A stretch of DNA of 64,000 nucleotides, taken from positions 352,001 to 416,000 of the forward strand of contig OY843768.1 in the NCBI GenBank assembly GCA_963693095.2. The letters run 5' to 3'. Numbering within the stretch: position 1 is the first letter of the stretch; every line of letters starts with the position of its first letter. This document shows, piece after piece, positions 60,943 through 64,000 of the stretch. The position numbers and the translations under genes were made by a program. Below the pieces are notes generated by a model. That model was not told the DNA's origin. It saw nothing but the letters and a program-made list of their open reading frames with translations, and did not search any database. The DNA is from Cenarchaeum sp. Lineage in GTDB: Archaea; Thermoproteota; Nitrososphaeria; Nitrososphaerales; Nitrosopumilaceae.

Positions 60943-61965
60943 TTGCCATTGGCAAGGGCGAAAAAGGTCACAAAACGGCGCAAGGGCGCCACGCGCAGAA
61001 AGACGACTGCGCGTCGCAGGCCAGTACGCCGTGGGGCCACGACGCGCCGCCGGAGCGCCACTCGCAAAAAGGCGACTACCAGGAGATCAGCACGCCGTGG
61101 GGCCACGACGCGCCGCCGGAGCGCCACTCGCAAAAAGGCGACTAGGGGCAGCAGTGTGGCCAAAAAAAGGTATCGTTCGGCCATAGCGTACCGCCTCCGC
61201 GAGATTCCGATAAAGCAGGTCAAGGTGTGGCGTGACGCGCAGGCGCGCAAGCTAGACAGGGACGGCATTGCCGAGCTCGCAAAGTCGATAAAGCATGACG
61301 GCCTGCAAAACCCGCCAATGGTCCAAAAGAGCGGACCTGGCCAGTACCTGCTAATGTCCGGCCAGCGCAGGCTCGCGGCCCTAAAGAGGCTGCGCGCCAA
61401 GAATATACCCGCACTCGTGCTCACAAAACAGTCCGCATATGACCTCGGTGACGCAAAGGCCGCATCAGTAGTCGAGAACCTTCACCGCAGGGGCATGAAG
61501 TCTCGCGACATGGCGTCTGCGTGCGCGTTTCTCGCCGAGCGCATGCCAAAGACGCGTGCGGCGCAGATGCTTGGAATATCAATGCCGACGTTCAAAAAGC
61601 TCCACGGGTTCGCCGGCGTGCCCGAGGCGCTAAAGTCACTCACGCCAAAGACGATCTCGCGTGATGACGCCACAAACCTGTACCAGGTCGCGCCAAGCAT
61701 CGCCAATGCGATAAAGATCGCCGAAAAGATCACAAAGCTTGACGCGCCAACACGGCGCCGATACATAAAGGCGTACGCGCGCAGTCCGCGCTCCTCGCAC
61801 AAGACGCTCCTAAAGCGCGCGCGCGTCATGGTTGCGCAGCAAAAGGTTCGCCTACAGCTCACAAAGGGCAACGCGCGCAAGCTTGCAACGCGCTCAAGAC
61901 GCCAGGATGTGACTCCTGACGAGCTCGCCGGCGAGATTGTAGCAAAGTGGCTTCGTTCCCACTAG
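60943..61965 (+). CDS. ParB/Srx-domain protein with R/K/A/T-rich N-terminal tail
   Basis: ELAKSIKHDGLQNPP, SGQRRLAA, VVENLHR, then an HTH-like segment. Start may be TTG 60949. Confidence 0.88.
   Translation: MPLARAKKVTKRRKGATRRKTTARRRPVRRGATTRRRSATRKKATTRRSARRGATTRRRSATRKKATRGSSVAKKRYRSAIAYRLREIPIKQVKVWRDAQARKLDRDGIAELAKSIKHDGLQNPPMVQKSGPGQYLLMSGQRRLAALKRLRAKNIPALVLTKQSAYDLGDAKAASVVENLHRRGMKSRDMASACAFLAERMPKTRAAQMLGISMPTFKKLHGFAGVPEALKSLTPKTISRDDATNLYQVAPSIANAIKIAEKITKLDAPTRRRYIKAYARSPRSSHKTLLKRARVMVAQQKVRLQLTKGNARKLATRSRRQDVTPDELAGEIVAKWLRSH
61026..61144 (+). repeat. Tandem duplication: 53-bp identical core, 66-bp period
   Basis: ACGCCGTGGGGCCACGACGCGCCGCCGGAGCGCCACTCGCAAAAAGGCGACTA at 61026 and 61092. 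Confidence 0.95.
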
Positions 61966-62312
61966 AATATACCGAACTTGCTAGTCTCCATCTCTTCCTT
62001 TATCGCAAGCTTGAAGCGCGGGGACTTCTTGCCTACCCTGGTCTCTAGGAGCTTTAGGAACTTTTTGTCGGTTCCCTTTCCCTTTAGCGACTCAAAGTCG
62101 GCTCCCATCTGCCCGGCCACCCTGTGGACCATGTTCCTCGTGACGCTAACGACGAAAAAGTGCCATCCGAACGCAAACTCCGAGTCTGTTATGCGAAACT
62201 CGTCCTTTGCGTGGACCGACTCCTCTAGCATGCCTAGCTCTAGTCGCAGCGCCTTGCTCGTGGCGTCATAGTCGACTGCCGAGACGTTGATGTTCAGCGC
62301 GTCGTGCATCAC
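61962..62312 (-). CDS. Hypothetical protein
   Basis: 116 aa, native codon usage, TTTAA box upstream. Confidence 0.75.
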   Translation of the reverse strand: MMHDALNINVSAVDYDATSKALRLELGMLEESVHAKDEFRITDSEFAFGWHFFVVSVTRNMVHRVAGQMGADFESLKGKGTDKKFLKLLETRVGKKSPRFKLAIKEEMETSKFGIF

Positions 62313-62560
62313 GCAGGCGCGCCAAACGCGGCATTAAATTGCTTTGTGGGCATGCCTGCAGTGGCACGCCTGCCGCAGGCGCCGTGTGGACTCGGGCGGC
62401 AGGGGTATGGGCTCAGCACCAGCGGCTCATTTGGTCAGGTGGGCGCGATCTGGTCGTTCTACTAGTCGTGGGGGCACCTGCATGAGAATGAGCTGGAGTG
62501 ATGTCCGCCTTATATTGTGGGGGCTGAACATTTATTAAGTCCGTAGGGTTGTCTTGTCCC

Positions 62561-62710
62561 ATGGAAAACGACGAGTGCTCCAGCACTGAGTCTACGGTTG
62601 AGGCGAACCCTGAAAAACCTGAACGGCTAACGTTCGGCAAGATGAGGTTTGCAAGTGCCAAGGATCGTGCACGTCTTGCAGAACGCGCGGATAATAAATC
62701 AGGGTCGTAG
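62561..62710 (+). CDS. 49-aa hydrophilic small ORF
   Basis: MENDECSSTESTVEANPEKPERLTFGKMRFASAKDRARLAERADNKSGS*. TTTATTAA at 62531-62538. Ends 2 bp before the next ATG. Confidence 0.5.
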   Translation: MENDECSSTESTVEANPEKPERLTFGKMRFASAKDRARLAERADNKSGS

Positions 62711-62712
62711 CA

Positions 62713-63345
62713 ATGGCTTCCCAGGGTGATCCGAATAACGTGGAACGTTCCACATCTAGTGTTGTTCACCCATCTTTTTTCGAAGTGCTCTGGAGGGTCG
62801 TAGCGTTGGCTCAGTGGAATGTGGAGCGCATCAACGACAAGGCAAAGGCCACTCTTGGAACAGGGGCGACGACTTTGTCCATCCTTGTTATCGCGATAGT
62901 GGGCTTTGCGACAATTCTTGATGGGGATCTTTCCAATCTTGCCCCGCTTACCCAATTGCCCACGTGGGCGCAGAACCTTATCTATGGTTGCGTATTTTTG
63001 GGGGTGGTTTTTATCCTGCTGTCTGTAGGATTTGCTACTATGTCCCTACGTACATTTCAGGTATATGATCCTGTGGTCTATGAGGATTTTACAAAACATA
63101 GAACCGGTGATGGAGAAATTGATATCGACATTTTGAAAAAATATTCTGCGATGCCCCCTAATGTCGTTTCTGCAATACAAGAGGCGTATATTCGTAGATT
63201 GCGCGAGCTGGGAGCGAATATAGATAACATATCTCGACACCTTCACCGTAGCCAACGGCTCTTGCTCTTTGGCCTTACGGCAATTGGCACTTCACTACTG
63301 CTGATCTTGGGAAACCTGCTCGCAATTTCAATTTTTGGAACATGA
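62713..63345 (+). CDS. Low-GC three-TM membrane protein, Pycsar-effector (PycTM/DUF5706)-like topology
   Basis: INDKAKATLG followed by two TM helices, a soluble loop and a C-terminal TM. Visibly AT-rich. Family call tentative. Confidence 0.7.
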   Translation: MASQGDPNNVERSTSSVVHPSFFEVLWRVVALAQWNVERINDKAKATLGTGATTLSILVIAIVGFATILDGDLSNLAPLTQLPTWAQNLIYGCVFLGVVFILLSVGFATMSLRTFQVYDPVVYEDFTKHRTGDGEIDIDILKKYSAMPPNVVSAIQEAYIRRLRELGANIDNISRHLHRSQRLLLFGLTAIGTSLLLILGNLLAISIFGT

Positions 63346-63606
63346 TCGCCTTACCTGTGCGGCCTCTTGATGTCGACGCTTTCAGCATGCGACACACGGG
63401 ATTCTGGTGCGCTCTGCCCTGTCGCCTCTGGCAGGATGCCTGCTGATCTCGCGCGCATGGGCGGACTCTGCCGTGCTAGAGCCGGCATCACCATGGCACG
63501 AATCGGAGAGATTGCGCCTATCTGACCAAAAAGCGCATGGATGCCCTGCCCCGTGCCCACGCATGGCCGGAAAGGGATTAATACGCCATGCCCGTGCGCC
63601 TGACGC

Positions 63607-64000
63607 ATGGCGCCTGTCTATGAGGATCCCTTCATCAAGATCGCCACGATGATAGGGGGCGACGAGTACCACAAGGTGGCCCGCTCGCTCCTAAAGTCGA
63701 TCGACGCGACTGACGAGGAGATTGCGAGCTCGACTGGCCTGAGGATAAACCTTGTCCGCAAGATACTCTATGACCTATTTGGCAAGTCGCTCATAAGCGG
63801 CGTGCGCGTCAAGGACGAAAAGAAGGGCTGGTTTGTCTACCGCTGGCGCTCTAGGCGCGAGGAGGTCGAGGGGTTCATCGAGAACCAAAAGAAAAAGATA
63901 GTCGACCGCCTCGAGCACCGCTTTTCATACGAGAGCGGATCAGAGTTTTACCACTGTGGCAACGAGGACTGCCGCAGGGTGACCTTTGAGGACGCGCTGG
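63607..64000 (+). CDS. tfe: Transcription factor E alpha (3'-partial)
   Basis: MAPVYEDPF...ATDEEIASSTGLRINLVRKILYDL...KGWFVYRW...FYHCGNEDC zinc ribbon. ATTAATA upstream. Confidence 0.93.
   Translation, partial: MAPVYEDPFIKIATMIGGDEYHKVARSLLKSIDATDEEIASSTGLRINLVRKILYDLFGKSLISGVRVKDEKKGWFVYRWRSRREEVEGFIENQKKKIVDRLEHRFSYESGSEFYHCGNEDCRRVTFEDAL

Larger units (their letters stand above)
62405..63556 (+). mobile_element. Putative non-autonomous IS66-derived cargo cassette
   Basis: 62405-62450 matches the IS66 left end at 37/46 positions. 63510-63530 matches 47083-47103 at 19/21 and faces the opposite way. AT-richer cargo between them. No TSD recognisable. Confidence 0.65.

Noticed and set aside
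59547-61965. dpd-type 7-deazaguanine DNA modification cluster (QueD + ParB-like)
   Set aside because: No dpdA/TGT-like, queC/queE or helicase genes nearby. The genes are divergent and have native composition.
1-64000. CRISPR array or rRNA
   Set aside because: No short repeat-spacer periodicity, cas gene or rRNA-like sequence seen.

Overview
High-GC archaeal DNA that looks thaumarchaeal (Nitrosopumilaceae/Cenarchaeum-like). The evidence is a eukaryote-type topoisomerase IB, archaeal TrpRS/PheRS/ValRS/TFE, BHB-intron tRNAs, a two-domain multicopper oxidase + ZIP pair and a CFI-box-CTERM protein. A host-associated lifestyle is only an inference. Bases 1-33490 are the 3' part of one giant gene (>11,160 aa, open at the window edge). 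It is built from mosaic Ig-like/SwmB-like repeats and ends in a GPS/GAIN-like 'WTNHFT' motif followed by a C-terminal domain with no membrane anchor. The rest is mostly compact housekeeping DNA with four tRNAs (three with introns), interrupted by an intact single-ORF IS66 (16-bp TIRs, 8-bp TSD) and two lower-GC islets. One islet is an orphan NaeI-like C5 methyltransferase; the other is a 49-aa ORF plus a Pycsar-effector-like membrane gene. Best leads: (1) the second islet is bracketed by inward-facing degenerate copies of the IS66 left end, with homology stopping at the transposase start codon, suggesting non-autonomous IS66 cargo cassettes (the MTase islet shows a weaker version); (2) the putative autoproteolytic release site and variable-loop repeats of the giant protein; (3) tandem DtxR-like operators beside the IS; (4) a ParB-like protein with a duplicated protamine/H1-like tail. 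All calls were made by eye; no searches were run.
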